Below, one piece after another: positions 1 to 9,719 of a DNA stretch of 64,000 bases. A program made the position numbers and the translations under genes. Below the pieces are notes generated by a model, which made no database searches, was not told the DNA's origin, and worked only from the letters and a program-made list of their open reading frames with translations. Each line of letters starts with the position of its first letter. Position 1 is the first letter of the stretch. The DNA is from a virus (lineage: Duplodnaviria > Heunggongvirae > Uroviricota > Caudoviricetes), in IMG/VR virus record IMGVR_UViG_3300044673_000278, positions 59,694 through 123,693 of that record; one strand, 5' to 3'.

Positions 1-351
1 TACAGCCGCTTTGATTGCATCCTCGGCCAGGATGGAGCAGTGAATTTTTACAGGTGGTAGGGCCAGCTCTTCAGCAATCTCACTGTTCTTAAGGGCAGCA
101 GCTTCGTCTAGTGTCTTGCCTTTGACCCATTCGGTTACAAGGCTGCTGGATGCAATCGCACTGCCACAACCGTAAGTCTTGAATCGAGCATCAGTGATGA
201 TACCATCTTCTACTCGGATTTGCAGTTTCATTACATCCCCGCAGGCTGGCGCACCTACCATGCCTGTGCCTACGTCAGGATCGTCCTTGGCAAAGGATCC
301 GACATTGCGTGGATTTTCATAATGATCGACTACTTGTTGCGAATACGCCAT
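1..351 (-). CDS. iscU: Fe-S cluster assembly scaffold IscU (3' end outside window; not in ORF track)
   Basis: Manual translation MAYSQQVVDHYENPRNVGSF...GAPACGDVMKLQI...FKTYGCGSAIASSS...LPPVKIHCSILAEDAIKAAV; has the three Cys ligands and the LPPVK HscA-binding motif; AGGAG SD upstream. Confidence 0.97.
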   Translation of the reverse strand, partial: MAYSQQVVDHYENPRNVGSFAKDDPDVGTGMVGAPACGDVMKLQIRVEDGIITDARFKTYGCGSAIASSSLVTEWVKGKTLDEAAALKNSEIAEELALPPVKIHCSILAEDAIKAAV

Positions 352-408
352 GAGAAAGCTCCTTATTGAATTATAAGGTATTTACGCTGAATTGTCTAGA
401 GATTTGGG

Positions 409-765
409 TTAGATGCCGCGATTTTTTTTGGCAGCTTTTTTGGCAGCAGCAGCCACTATGTCCTGGGCTTTGTTAACAGGCATTTGAGTAGGACCTATGT
501 CGGCACCCTTGAATGTGATTTGATCAGAGTTGGGATCAAAGGGTTCCAACACATTGTTCAATGGCGGCTTGTCAATGATAGCTTGCAAATTGTTGGCATT
601 GATGTTGATGCCAAGATTGCGAGCCATTTGTATAAATGCATCCTTGCTGATCTGCTTAGTAGCATTGGTATCTTCGGCACGACCTGCAAGAAACTCTACC
701 AAGCCCAGGAGTTTGTCTGGGCTTGGAGTAGGAGCAGCAGAAGTGTCAACTTCAAGTATTCGCAT
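409..765 (-). CDS. Hypothetical protein, probable virion/head-associated
   Basis: 118-aa ORF abutting the upstream gene; N-terminal MRILE resembles other putative protease-processed N-termini. Confidence 0.7.
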   Translation of the reverse strand: MRILEVDTSAAPTPSPDKLLGLVEFLAGRAEDTNATKQISKDAFIQMARNLGININANNLQAIIDKPPLNNVLEPFDPNSDQITFKGADIGPTQMPVNKAQDIVAAAAKKAAKKNRGI

Positions 766-1679
766 TATCGACGTGCGCGGCCCAGTACTTCGCCGCCGGC
801 TTCTTCATCATCGAGATCGGCACCAGCGTCAGCAGCCACAGCGTCTAGATCGTCTCCGACATCTGCACCAGCTTCGGCGCCAGCAGCAGCACCTAGTTCA
901 GCACCAGCTTCGGCACCTAGTTCAGCACCCAGAGCAGCGGCACCAGGAGCAGGAGCTTGTCCAGTAACTACACCCAGGGCAGCGTCCATTTGCATCTTGG
1001 CTTGTTGCAGATTTTGCATCAATCCGCTGAGAGCAGCAGAGGCGTCTGTGTTGAATTGTTGAGCTTGATCAATGCCCACTTGATTCTTGATTGAATCAAC
1101 TAGAGCAGGCAGCTCTTTGAATTGTAGTTCGGAAACATCTTCTAACATGGCTTGCATTTTGTCAACCATGTCTTGTGCAGCCAACACAACCTGAGCTTGC
1201 TGAACTTCGCTTTCTTTCAGCATTTTGTAAGCACGAGCCAACTTGCTTTCAGTTTTCATCAGTGCAGCACCAGCAACCATCTTTTGCTCGTCGGGTGTTA
1301 ATGTTTGACCTTTGCTGGCCTTGGTCAGTGCAGCCTTGAGTTTGGGATCTTTGGTTGTGGCAATTGTAGCAGCAGCTTGGCCAACTTGCTGTTGTTGAGC
1401 AGCGCCAGGTGCTGTGGGAGCCACAGGAGCCATTTCGGCTAGACGTGCAGTCAGTGCCTGCTCAACCATAACAAGCTTGAGATAACCAGGATTGCGTTCG
1501 CTGGTGTGACGAGCTGTTGAGTTACGGTGTTCGGCAATAACTCCTTGCACACGTTTCAACATGGCCTGTGCTTGTTTAGCAGTCAAGCGTTGAACATCAA
1601 TGCGACTTCCAAAGTAACTTTCAAATACTTTGGAAATTTGTTGTGTAGGTTTAGCCGCGGCTATGTCTTGCAGTTTCAT
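765..1679 (-). CDS. Hypothetical coiled-coil, Ala/Gln-rich protein (possible head core/internal protein)
   Basis: Start reassigned to ATG 1679 (AGGA SD, TAAATA at 1703-1708); acidic low-complexity C-terminus. Confidence 0.75.
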   Translation of the reverse strand: MKLQDIAAAKPTQQISKVFESYFGSRIDVQRLTAKQAQAMLKRVQGVIAEHRNSTARHTSERNPGYLKLVMVEQALTARLAEMAPVAPTAPGAAQQQQVGQAAATIATTKDPKLKAALTKASKGQTLTPDEQKMVAGAALMKTESKLARAYKMLKESEVQQAQVVLAAQDMVDKMQAMLEDVSELQFKELPALVDSIKNQVGIDQAQQFNTDASAALSGLMQNLQQAKMQMDAALGVVTGQAPAPGAAALGAELGAEAGAELGAAAGAEAGADVGDDLDAVAADAGADLDDEEAGGEVLGRARR

Positions 1680-2124
1680 TTGAGAATCCTCTAAGTTGTA
1701 GATATTTAGCCGAATTAACACATTTTTCAAGTTCAGCTTTTATGGTATTTAAGTAACGAATCTTGGGCTCTAGTTTGGTTTCAACTATTTCACTAAACTG
1801 CTCTCTCTTGCTGCGATTGGACATTTGCTGTCTAGCATAGATGTCAGCTGAGAGTTGCGCCTTTTTGGCATCCAGAACACGGATATCAAAACTAAGTTGA
1901 TGTTGGCGATAACGTTCTGCTACACACCAACTAATAGCAGTACGTTTGCTGCTGAATGTTGCCACAAAGTCTTCGTAGAGATAAACATCGTAGGAGTTAC
2001 CATTGGGTTGTAAATTGTATTTTCCAAACACAAGGTATCCTGGATCCAAAGGAATGATTGCATTGTCCAACACATAACGTGCTGATCTGTGTGCAAAAGA
2101 TTCTAATTTTTGATCGTAAGTCAT
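1651..2124 (-). CDS. Hypothetical protein
   Basis: 157-aa ORF with ATGA-type overlap to the upstream gene. Confidence 0.7.
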   Translation of the reverse strand: MTYDQKLESFAHRSARYVLDNAIIPLDPGYLVFGKYNLQPNGNSYDVYLYEDFVATFSSKRTAISWCVAERYRQHQLSFDIRVLDAKKAQLSADIYARQQMSNRSKREQFSEIVETKLEPKIRYLNTIKAELEKCVNSAKYLQLRGFSNETARHSRG

Positions 2125-2387
2125 TTATTAAAAACGTGTGTGGCCAACAAATAACCAATGACAGTAATCAATGTACCAATGACGCCTATGCCCCAGTTGA
2201 TTAGCTGTGTGTTTCTTTTTTCTGCCAACTTGTTTACCAAGTCATGGGTTTTTTCTGATAGTTCTTTGACTTCACAGATGTCTTTTTTTACTTCGGTGAA
2301 CTGAGTTTCCAAGGCACGATAACGTTCTGCACAAAGCTCAACGTGTGCTTCTAGGCTTTTCTTTTCAATGTCAGTGGTCTCGGCCAT
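2121..2387 (-). CDS. Small coiled-coil protein with a C-terminal transmembrane helix (XhlA/holin-like architecture)
   Basis: Coiled coil followed by hydrophobic LINWGIGVIGTLITVIGYLLA; GGAG SD. Confidence 0.6.
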   Translation of the reverse strand: MAETTDIEKKSLEAHVELCAERYRALETQFTEVKKDICEVKELSEKTHDLVNKLAEKRNTQLINWGIGVIGTLITVIGYLLATHVFNK

Positions 2388-2392
2388 TTCGT

Positions 2393-2821
2393 TTACTCCA
2401 ATCCTATATTTATGGTTTCAAACCAAATGTTTTGATCCGTTCCTAGCGCACTCAGCACTGGCTCAATGTCACTGGATTCGTTGAGATTCACAATCATTGG
2501 CACACCTGTGCAGTTTTGTTTCAAACCTCCCAAGGGGTCAGAACTGTTGTTGGCAAACACATCAGCAGATTCCACACGAAATTCAAACTGCCAAACGCCG
2601 TCGTTGCACTGCGGAGGCACAATGTCTTGCGGTTGTGTATTCAAGCTGATCAACTGCATTATGGTTTCCCAGTTGCGTTGTTGATTTCTAGACTTGTTCC
2701 AGTCTGCAACTTCGTTTATTTTTTGTCCAGCACGATCAACAAAAGGAATCTGCCCAGCCTTGAAGTTGCCGGTGACTCCTGTGTAGGTGCAATCAAACAA
2801 TGTTTTACATATGATCTTCAT
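2393..2821 (-). CDS. Hypothetical late protein
   Basis: 142-aa ORF; TAAATA 6 nt upstream of the ATG. Confidence 0.7.
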   Translation of the reverse strand: MKIICKTLFDCTYTGVTGNFKAGQIPFVDRAGQKINEVADWNKSRNQQRNWETIMQLISLNTQPQDIVPPQCNDGVWQFEFRVESADVFANNSSDPLGGLKQNCTGVPMIVNLNESSDIEPVLSALGTDQNIWFETINIGLE

Positions 2822-2838
2822 TGTTGATATTTACGCCC

Positions 2839-2868
2839 AAAAGAAAACCCTGGAATAAATCCAGGGTT
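2839..2868 (-). terminator. Intrinsic terminator
   Basis: AACCCTGGA-5 nt-TCCAGGGTT stem followed by a U-rich tract on the minus strand. Confidence 0.8.
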
Positions 2869-2890
2869 GACTGTTAACTAAGTTTAAAAA

Positions 2891-3307
2891 TTAAACGTTA
2901 GTGAATGTGGCTGAACCAGCAACGTTGGCAGTAGGAATACCAATGTTGAGACCGCCGGTGGCGTTGGCTGTTTGAGCAGCAGCAACCAGGGTAGCGGTGG
3001 TGTAAGCGCCAGTTGGGTAGATAGCAATGTTCAACACAGCAGGTGCGCTAGGTGTAACTTGGTACATAGCGATTGTGCCGTTTTGCTGAATAGCTTGCAG
3101 AACGTTGTTGATGTAACCAGTAGCGTTGGCAGCACCAGAAGCGCTGAGGGCGCTGTTGGCTGTCAAGCTGAAGAAGTCCAGGTGAGGACCGGCAACTTGT
3201 ACTGGGCCTTGAGCAGCGATGTTAGCTGTGTTAGCGATTGTACCGTTCTGTACGTCGATGGCAAACACCGGTTGGGTGGTGCCGTTTACTTTAGTGATTT
3301 GTGCCAT
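2891..3307 (-). CDS. Probable abundant small virion protein (decoration-like)
   Basis: Ala/Thr/Asn/Gly-rich, strong AAGGAG SD, own terminator. Confidence 0.6.
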   Translation of the reverse strand: MAQITKVNGTTQPVFAIDVQNGTIANTANIAAQGPVQVAGPHLDFFSLTANSALSASGAANATGYINNVLQAIQQNGTIAMYQVTPSAPAVLNIAIYPTGAYTTATLVAAAQTANATGGLNIGIPTANVAGSATFTNV

Positions 3308-3372
3308 TTTAAGCTCCTTAATATGTGGTCTCGGTGGACCTGCTTTTATTTATACAACTGACAAAAAAACGG

Positions 3373-5304
3373 TTACTTGGGGTTGTTTCTCTGTCGGTTT
3401 TGAGCAGCAAATGCTTGGGGATCAAAGCGGCTCACAGCCTTGGCATAGCCTGCAGGGGTAGCCATGACCCAGCCTTCTTGTCCAGGATGCTGTGTATCTG
3501 CTTGGCGTAACAAGTCCATTTTGAGTTCGTGCAACAGTTCAAACGCCACAAAAGTTGAAGCCAATGCTTCTTGGTTAGTACTGGGATTTTTGAGATATTC
3601 CACAATGTTGTTGAACTTGCGTGGAGTTACTCTGCCTTGCAGCCACTCGCCAAATTCCACAATAAGCTTGTTGGCTGGGTCCAATGGGCCGCCTACTTTG
3701 GTGTTGATAAAATCCACAGCCAATTTAAACAAGTCAGTGACTTGTTGTGCTCGCAGCTCAGCAGGGTTAAACAATGCTTTCATGTTTGCGCCCTGTGTTC
3801 TTGCAATGGTTTTTAACTGCTTGACAATGGCTTGATTTAACTCAAGTGTGTTTGGGGTAGCAGGACGCTCCAGCATCAAACCTGGAACATCGTTGAACTT
3901 GACTCCGCTCAGGGGTTGACGTGGTTCACCTGCATCAGCATACATGGAGTGTACTGCAACACCAATGTTGCTGTTGCCTATGCGTTGACCCAAGGAACTT
4001 TTTACAGGAATCTTGTATGTCACAGTGTTGGGGCGGAACACATAGTTGCCTGCTTCAACAGGAGGCGTGTCCATGTACAGCAAATCACCCTTGACGTAGC
4101 CACGGAAGTTGGTGGGCAAACTGGCTTCCAGCACTGGCCACAGTGTCTTATACAAGTTGATTAGGCCTTCGCGTTCACCTGCACGTCGACGCTGTATGTC
4201 AGCCATCATGGCAGGGCTGGTAGCAAGACCATCATAGCCTTTGGCTTCAAAACCTGATCCGTCAGTGAGTACAAATTCACCTGTGGAGGGCTTGCGTCCC
4301 CAGATCACAGCAGGCTTGCCGTCCCATTTGGCTGTGACAGTTCGGGGCTGCTCTGTGGCATGTTGAGCAATGTCCAGAGCTTGTGTGATACCTGCTGCAC
4401 CGTGACGGAACACAAGATCTTCCAAGTGTTCAATGCCCTTGGCTCTGCCACCCACTCCGCCTGCTTCTGCTTCGTACAGTCGATATGGGTTGGCTGAATC
4501 TGCTTCGATCAGCGGGGTCATGCCTTGGTTCACAATACGATCACGCAGACGTGCAAGGAAGCCCACGTCGCTTTCGCTTACAGTGTCGGGCTCTTTGACA
4601 CCTTCGCGGGCTAGATATTCACGGAAGTCTTTGAGTTTGGCATCACGATCGGGATGATTGGCCAGGGCTTTGTAAATGCTTTCAACGTTTTTCAAATTGC
4701 CACGCTTCATGCCTGGGCCCAACAGTATTTCTGCTGCGCGGTCAGGGTCCATGGTAATCACGTTGTCTGTGGTTCTGCTGGTAATGCCCTTGGCACTGGC
4801 CTTGAGTCCCTGTGCTTTGGCAATAGAGCTCATCAGCACATTTCTAAACATGCCTTTGTATTGAGAGTCCACACCACCTGCCAGGAAAAATGCACCCCAG
4901 TCAACATTGGGCATGAACATGAAATCTGTTTGTACAAACCCGTTGTTGGCATCGCCGCCAATAGGGGTTTTGAAATGCACCGCTTCACCGCTCATGCGAA
5001 CAAAGTCTCTGGGATCTTGCTTTTGCTGTGTGACATAACGGTCCAGGGCTGCTTTGAGTTCGGGCTTGGTAATCTTGCTGGTTTCTACAGCTAGGTCCAA
5101 GTCGCCGGAGTCGGGCTTTTTGCCTGTGCTGCCCAACCATTTGGTGGGATAGCCTGTGGCAGGGTCTGTTTCGCCGTGTAGATCCAAATTGGTAACAGAT
5201 TCCAACCAGTTGATTGTGTCAGGAATTTCAGCCTGTTTGATGCGTCGGGTCAGCGGTACACCCATTTTGTCTTTGAATACATTGCCGCCTTCGAATATGT
5301 TCAT
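3373..5304 (-). CDS. Two-domain protein: Pol-beta-type nucleotidyltransferase plus ATP-dependent ligase-like (DUF6267-like) domain
   Basis: GSTGKKPDSGDLDLAV...VQTDF in the N-half; TAKWDGKPA, GDLLY, EGWV and KAVSR in the C-half; start reassigned to MNIFEGG. Confidence 0.7.
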   Translation of the reverse strand: MNIFEGGNVFKDKMGVPLTRRIKQAEIPDTINWLESVTNLDLHGETDPATGYPTKWLGSTGKKPDSGDLDLAVETSKITKPELKAALDRYVTQQKQDPRDFVRMSGEAVHFKTPIGGDANNGFVQTDFMFMPNVDWGAFFLAGGVDSQYKGMFRNVLMSSIAKAQGLKASAKGITSRTTDNVITMDPDRAAEILLGPGMKRGNLKNVESIYKALANHPDRDAKLKDFREYLAREGVKEPDTVSESDVGFLARLRDRIVNQGMTPLIEADSANPYRLYEAEAGGVGGRAKGIEHLEDLVFRHGAAGITQALDIAQHATEQPRTVTAKWDGKPAVIWGRKPSTGEFVLTDGSGFEAKGYDGLATSPAMMADIQRRRAGEREGLINLYKTLWPVLEASLPTNFRGYVKGDLLYMDTPPVEAGNYVFRPNTVTYKIPVKSSLGQRIGNSNIGVAVHSMYADAGEPRQPLSGVKFNDVPGLMLERPATPNTLELNQAIVKQLKTIARTQGANMKALFNPAELRAQQVTDLFKLAVDFINTKVGGPLDPANKLIVEFGEWLQGRVTPRKFNNIVEYLKNPSTNQEALASTFVAFELLHELKMDLLRQADTQHPGQEGWVMATPAGYAKAVSRFDPQAFAAQNRQRNNPK

Positions 5305-5305
5305 G

Positions 5306-5554
5306 TTAACTGTCCAAGTGTGTACGTTTGACTGATCTGGAAAACTTGCCAGCATCCTTGGATCTAATGGCATTCAGCAGTTTGCGAGTTAGATTTTCTG
5401 CTTGTTCAGAGGAATATTCTGCTTCGATCTGTTCGATAAGACGAATAGCAGACTGTATAACATTGGTAGCACGATTCTCGATCAGTATTTTACGATCGCG
5501 CTCAATGTACAAACTATCTAATTCTTCTAGCAAACTGCGGGTCTTTTTTTGCAT
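5306..5554 (-). CDS. Hypothetical helical protein
   Basis: 82-aa ORF downstream of TAAATA at 5575-5580. Confidence 0.7.
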   Translation of the reverse strand: MQKKTRSLLEELDSLYIERDRKILIENRATNVIQSAIRLIEQIEAEYSSEQAENLTRKLLNAIRSKDAGKFSRSVKRTHLDS

Positions 5555-5574
5555 GGTTTCGGGGACCTTTGTAT

Positions 5575-5604
5575 TATTTAGCGATTCTGGGCTGGGAATA
5601 AATA
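5575..5604. promoter_or_regulatory. Back-to-back late-type promoters (TAAATA)
   Basis: TAAATA on the minus strand at 5575-5580 and on the plus strand at 5599-5604, between divergent genes. Confidence 0.65.
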
Positions 5605-5628
5605 TCTAATGCTCCACAAGGATATCTT

Positions 5629-7257
5629 ATGACCAGTCAAATCAATCCCAACAACATCGATGGGACTTACCCAGTAGCCGGCGTGCCCAACAACACGCAA
5701 GGCATGCGTGACAATTTTACTAATACTAGAACAAATTTTCAATATGCAGCGGACGAAATAACCGAGCTTCAGAGCAAAGCCCTGCTCAAAGCTGCTATCA
5801 CCGGAACCACTCTTGACAACAACATGAACAATCAAGAGATCTATGCTGTTCAATTGCGTGATCTCAGTTATGCATATTCTCAACTCACAGCCACTGCTGG
5901 CACAGTTAACATTGACTTTTCTGTGGGCCAATTTCAACAAATCAATCCTTCTGCACCTGTAAGTTTGAATTTTTCAAACTGGCCCACAGCAGGCACAGCA
6001 GGCTTGCTGTATCTTTTGATCAACATTACCAATGTAAGTCAAACTGTTACATTCCCCGCAGCAGTAAATCGCGGAATTGAAAAGATTGCTGGATCTCTGC
6101 CCGGCACAGCCGGAGTATCCAATACTGTTACTTTTGGTGCAACAGGTTATTATGCATTTCAACTTTTGAGCACAGACGGTGGCGCCAATATCTGGATTTT
6201 TGATGATGTTCGGCCCCCAGATACCTTTACATCCAACATTACCATTGCCAACACTTCTGTGAGCACTAGTACCAGTACTGGCGCCTTGGTAGTAACCGGT
6301 GGCACTGGTATGCAAGGCAATCTCAATGTGGGCGGCAACTTGAGAACTTACACCAGTGGTGGCAACATTGCATTCCAAGCCGATGTCAATGGGTTTGTCA
6401 CTATCAATGCCCCCACTGTTCCTGCCAACACCACAGGTGCATTGCAGGTAGTGGGCAGTGCAGGTGGTGCTTATCAACCAATTCTCAATGCCGGCGGTAT
6501 GGTACACGTAACCGGCAATGACGGTTCTGCATCTAGAATTACCAACGACAGTTTTGGTGCTGCTGCCAATGCTTATCCCCTAATGGTCCAACGTCGTGGT
6601 CGTGGCACTGCTGCCTCGCCAACTGCTGTGCAAAGCGGGGATATACTGGCTCGCTACGGCGGAACTGGCTATGGCAACGTTGGTTATGTATTGGCTGCTG
6701 GTAACGTTGCGACCAACACTATGGATGTTGTGGCCTTAGAAAACTACACCACAGCCAATGGCGGCGCCTCTTTTCAATTCTACACTAGCCAAATTGGTGT
6801 GGTCAACCGTACGCTCAGTGCCAACATCACTGCCAACGTTACCACATTCCCTGCCAACGTAGCCGCGGCCAACGTTGTGGTTTCTGGCACAGGCGGTGTA
6901 TTCCTTGTCGACGGCGGCACCATGGGTTACGGTGCGGGTGCAGGTGGTACTGTGAGTCAAACTGGTAACAAGAGTTCAGGTGTTACATTGAACAAGCCCG
7001 CAGGCGAAATTACCATGCAAAACACAGCATTGGGTGCCGATGCTACAGTTCAATTTACTCTAACCAACAGCGCCATTGGCGCCCGAGATGTGTTGTTAAT
7101 GAACATTGTAGGTGGCGTTGCTACAGGTGCTGCATACAACCTGGATGCCAACTGTTCTGCAGGTTCTGCTGTTGTCAGTGTGCGAAACATCACCGGCGGC
7201 TCGCTGAGCGAAGCTATTGTGCTGCGCTTTGTTGTGATCAAAGGATCAATTACTTAA
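5629..7257 (+). CDS. Tail fibre/baseplate-type structural protein
   Basis: N-terminal YPVAG..NNTQG.RDNF anchor-like motif; STSTSTGALVVTGGTG repeat typical of phage fibres; Gly/Thr/Asn-rich. Confidence 0.75.
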   Translation: MTSQINPNNIDGTYPVAGVPNNTQGMRDNFTNTRTNFQYAADEITELQSKALLKAAITGTTLDNNMNNQEIYAVQLRDLSYAYSQLTATAGTVNIDFSVGQFQQINPSAPVSLNFSNWPTAGTAGLLYLLINITNVSQTVTFPAAVNRGIEKIAGSLPGTAGVSNTVTFGATGYYAFQLLSTDGGANIWIFDDVRPPDTFTSNITIANTSVSTSTSTGALVVTGGTGMQGNLNVGGNLRTYTSGGNIAFQADVNGFVTINAPTVPANTTGALQVVGSAGGAYQPILNAGGMVHVTGNDGSASRITNDSFGAAANAYPLMVQRRGRGTAASPTAVQSGDILARYGGTGYGNVGYVLAAGNVATNTMDVVALENYTTANGGASFQFYTSQIGVVNRTLSANITANVTTFPANVAAANVVVSGTGGVFLVDGGTMGYGAGAGGTVSQTGNKSSGVTLNKPAGEITMQNTALGADATVQFTLTNSAIGARDVLLMNIVGGVATGAAYNLDANCSAGSAVVSVRNITGGSLSEAIVLRFVVIKGSIT

Positions 7258-8720
7258 CCAGTTTTGATCTTGCCCAACAACTGCTTGAGTTTGGCACTTT
7301 GAACATCAGCAGTGACTTTGGGCGCATCATCTAACTGGGCCATGGGCTTGTCCCAGGCATGTGTTCCCCCGGTAGGTTTTTCCCAACCCGGGGGTTTTTC
7401 TTCTCCGCCTTCTGCAGGCTTTACACTGGCCTTGGCTTTGATTGCTTCCATTACGCTGGGCTTGGGGCCTCCACGGAAAGTGTCTTGCTCGTCGCCGCCT
7501 GCGTCAGTGATGCGCATGGTATCAATGTTGTACTCTAAATCGATCTTCTGTCCCACGCCTGTGGAACTACGACTCTTCATACACTGAATCTGATACTTGC
7601 CACGCTCTTTCATAGCACGACTTGTAAAGATACCAAACACGTTGTCTGCTGTGTTGATCTTACTAATACCACCTGAAATATGACTGTGGTCAAATTCAAT
7701 TTCTTCCACAGCTGATCGATTCAACTGCGATGCTGTTACCAGCAAGATGCCCAGCTCTTTGGCCAAGTTACGCAGTTCTTCAGAAACATACTTGTCCTTA
7801 ACAAACAAGTCGTTGGGGCTGACTTTTGCACTCACAGGCATCAACAAGTCCAAGTAGTCTACCATCATAAAGTCTACTTTGTGCCCGGTCTTGATCTGAT
7901 ACTCTTTTAAAAACGCACGGATATCGTTGATATTGCTCTGTGCTGGCAATGCTTTGACTTGATAGCTACCTGCTTTCTTGCCCACCATTTTGACTTTGAG
8001 TGCTGCTGTGGATTTGTCCTTGCGAATGTCTTTGGTTGACATGTCAGTCAACATGGCCGCGGTACGCAAGCCAGTTAGCTCTTCTGAAAGTTCTAAACTG
8101 ATATATACACCATGTAGTCCCATTTGCACCCAGTTCAGTGCAATGTTCATCATCACTAGACTCTTACCAGAACCCGAGCCACCAGCAAAGATGTTGAGTT
8201 CGCCTCGACTGAATCCGCCATACAGCAATCTGTCCACTTGTGGCCAACCTGTGCTTACCTGTCCACCTGCATCAAAGTACTTGGTGAACATGCCTTCGGG
8301 ATCAGCCCAAAAGTCTGTGCCAAGATCCTTGGTCAACGAGATCTGCACAGCATCCTTGACCAGTTTCTCCACTGGTTCAAACTCGCCTTTTTCCAACAAG
8401 TCTGCTGCTTTTAAGATCGCACGTTCCAGTTCTTGACGCTTGGTAAAGCCTTCAAACTCTTCCATGAACCAGTTGTAGTGACCCTCGTTGAGATCTGGCA
8501 CTGGTTGTAGTTTGATACCTGTGGCTGCTGCAATCTGTGTTCGGTCTGGCAGTGTACTGAACTTGGCACTGTGTTCTTTGATAAACTCTGCTGCCTTGCG
8601 CAGACTGCGGTCAAAGTTTTCTGGATTGTAGATATTCTGAACACGCACATAGCTCTGTGCATCTTCTAACATCATTTCCAGGAACAGTCTCTGTACGTCA
8701 ACTCCGTAGTCTTTTAACAA
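7254..8720 (-). CDS. gp41: Replicative DnaB-family helicase (T4 gp41-like)
   Basis: Walker A GGSGSGKS, YISLEL, MVDYLDL, TASQLNR, ADNVFGI. Confidence 0.95.
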   Translation of the reverse strand: MLKDYGVDVQRLFLEMMLEDAQSYVRVQNIYNPENFDRSLRKAAEFIKEHSAKFSTLPDRTQIAAATGIKLQPVPDLNEGHYNWFMEEFEGFTKRQELERAILKAADLLEKGEFEPVEKLVKDAVQISLTKDLGTDFWADPEGMFTKYFDAGGQVSTGWPQVDRLLYGGFSRGELNIFAGGSGSGKSLVMMNIALNWVQMGLHGVYISLELSEELTGLRTAAMLTDMSTKDIRKDKSTAALKVKMVGKKAGSYQVKALPAQSNINDIRAFLKEYQIKTGHKVDFMMVDYLDLLMPVSAKVSPNDLFVKDKYVSEELRNLAKELGILLVTASQLNRSAVEEIEFDHSHISGGISKINTADNVFGIFTSRAMKERGKYQIQCMKSRSSTGVGQKIDLEYNIDTMRITDAGGDEQDTFRGGPKPSVMEAIKAKASVKPAEGGEEKPPGWEKPTGGTHAWDKPMAQLDDAPKVTADVQSAKLKQLLGKIKTG

Positions 8721-9684
8721 GATTTTTCTTCCTTAATTCAATTTTGATTCTGCTGGTTTCTCTAGCTTGCATGATACTTAGTACGGTGGCCAAGCGACCA
8801 TACTTCTTCACAGCATCATTGACATCCTTGCAATCTTCCCAATTGGGTATGCTCACTGCCCAACCCAACTCCACTGCACGATCAATCAGTTCCAAACCTG
8901 CTTGGTCTTGATCAGGTACCACTGTGACTTCTCGATCCAGGCTGCGAATCAGTCTGGCCTGCGCATCACTGATGGTGTTGTGCATCACTGCCAAGCCGCC
9001 AATGCTGAGAGCATCAAATATACCTTCCATGACCATGACATGTTGCCAAGATTCATGCTGTTGATCTATGCCAAACACATAGCCAGGTTGACTGTGATTG
9101 ATGTACTTTGGTGATTTGTTGTCTAAGAATCTAGCAGTCCAGCCAATCAGTTTGTTGTCATAGGTGAATGGCACAGTGACATGTGGGCGAACCCAATGGA
9201 TTCCATCATTGCGTATGGCCGTGAGCATAGGAAAGTCTTCAGGCACACGTCGATCTCTAATGTAGTTCCAATACAAGGGCATGTCTGGTGTTATCAACTC
9301 CGATCCCGGTGGCAAATCATCTGACTCTTTGAACTCGATGCCTTGGATAGCATCTGACACACGCTTGCGATCATCGATGATGCCGTGTATGCTGCGATGC
9401 CTCAAACTTTCCAAATTCAACACATCTATTTCAGCTTCGGGTACGCCCAACCAGCTCAACAGTCTACGAGCTTTGAAAGTTACTGTGCGCCCAAGAATAA
9501 AACTGGCTGTGTATCCGCAGTTGAAGCAATGATAGCTCCAACCCGATTCGTTGACTTTGAGTCCGCCGCGCTGACGTCGATCTGGATTTTGTCCGTTGTG
9601 TTGACAACATACCGCATTGAAACTGATCCAGCCGCTGGGGCTGGATTTACGTTTTGCTGGCAAGTAAGTTTGTATGTCAAGCAT
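8698..9684 (-). CDS. gp61: DNA primase (T4 gp61-like)
   Basis: Zn-binding CC...HCFNC, TOPRIM EGIFDA and PDQDQAG, KDVND; adjacent to helicase. Confidence 0.92.
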   Translation of the reverse strand: MLDIQTYLPAKRKSSPSGWISFNAVCCQHNGQNPDRRQRGGLKVNESGWSYHCFNCGYTASFILGRTVTFKARRLLSWLGVPEAEIDVLNLESLRHRSIHGIIDDRKRVSDAIQGIEFKESDDLPPGSELITPDMPLYWNYIRDRRVPEDFPMLTAIRNDGIHWVRPHVTVPFTYDNKLIGWTARFLDNKSPKYINHSQPGYVFGIDQQHESWQHVMVMEGIFDALSIGGLAVMHNTISDAQARLIRSLDREVTVVPDQDQAGLELIDRAVELGWAVSIPNWEDCKDVNDAVKKYGRLATVLSIMQARETSRIKIELRKKNLVKRLRS

Positions 9685-9690
9685 CTGCTT

Positions 9691-9719
9691 ATTTTAACAG
9701 ATATTGACAGCGATATCAA
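9691..9719 (-). promoter_or_regulatory. sigma70-type promoter for primase-helicase (leaderless)
   Basis: TTGATA-17 nt-TAAAAT-6 nt-ATG, with TG extension. Confidence 0.6.

Noticed and set aside
820-960. Repeated GCACCAGCTTCGGCACC-like units
   Set aside because: They encode the low-complexity GAELGAEAGA tail; not a CRISPR array or a separate DNA repeat element
5305-5373. Upstream extensions in the ORF track (also 1730, 18491, 23487, 28369, 30037, 55513, 54550, 61379)
   Set aside because: They overlap neighbouring genes or promoters; downstream ATGs fit SD, promoter or coupling evidence better
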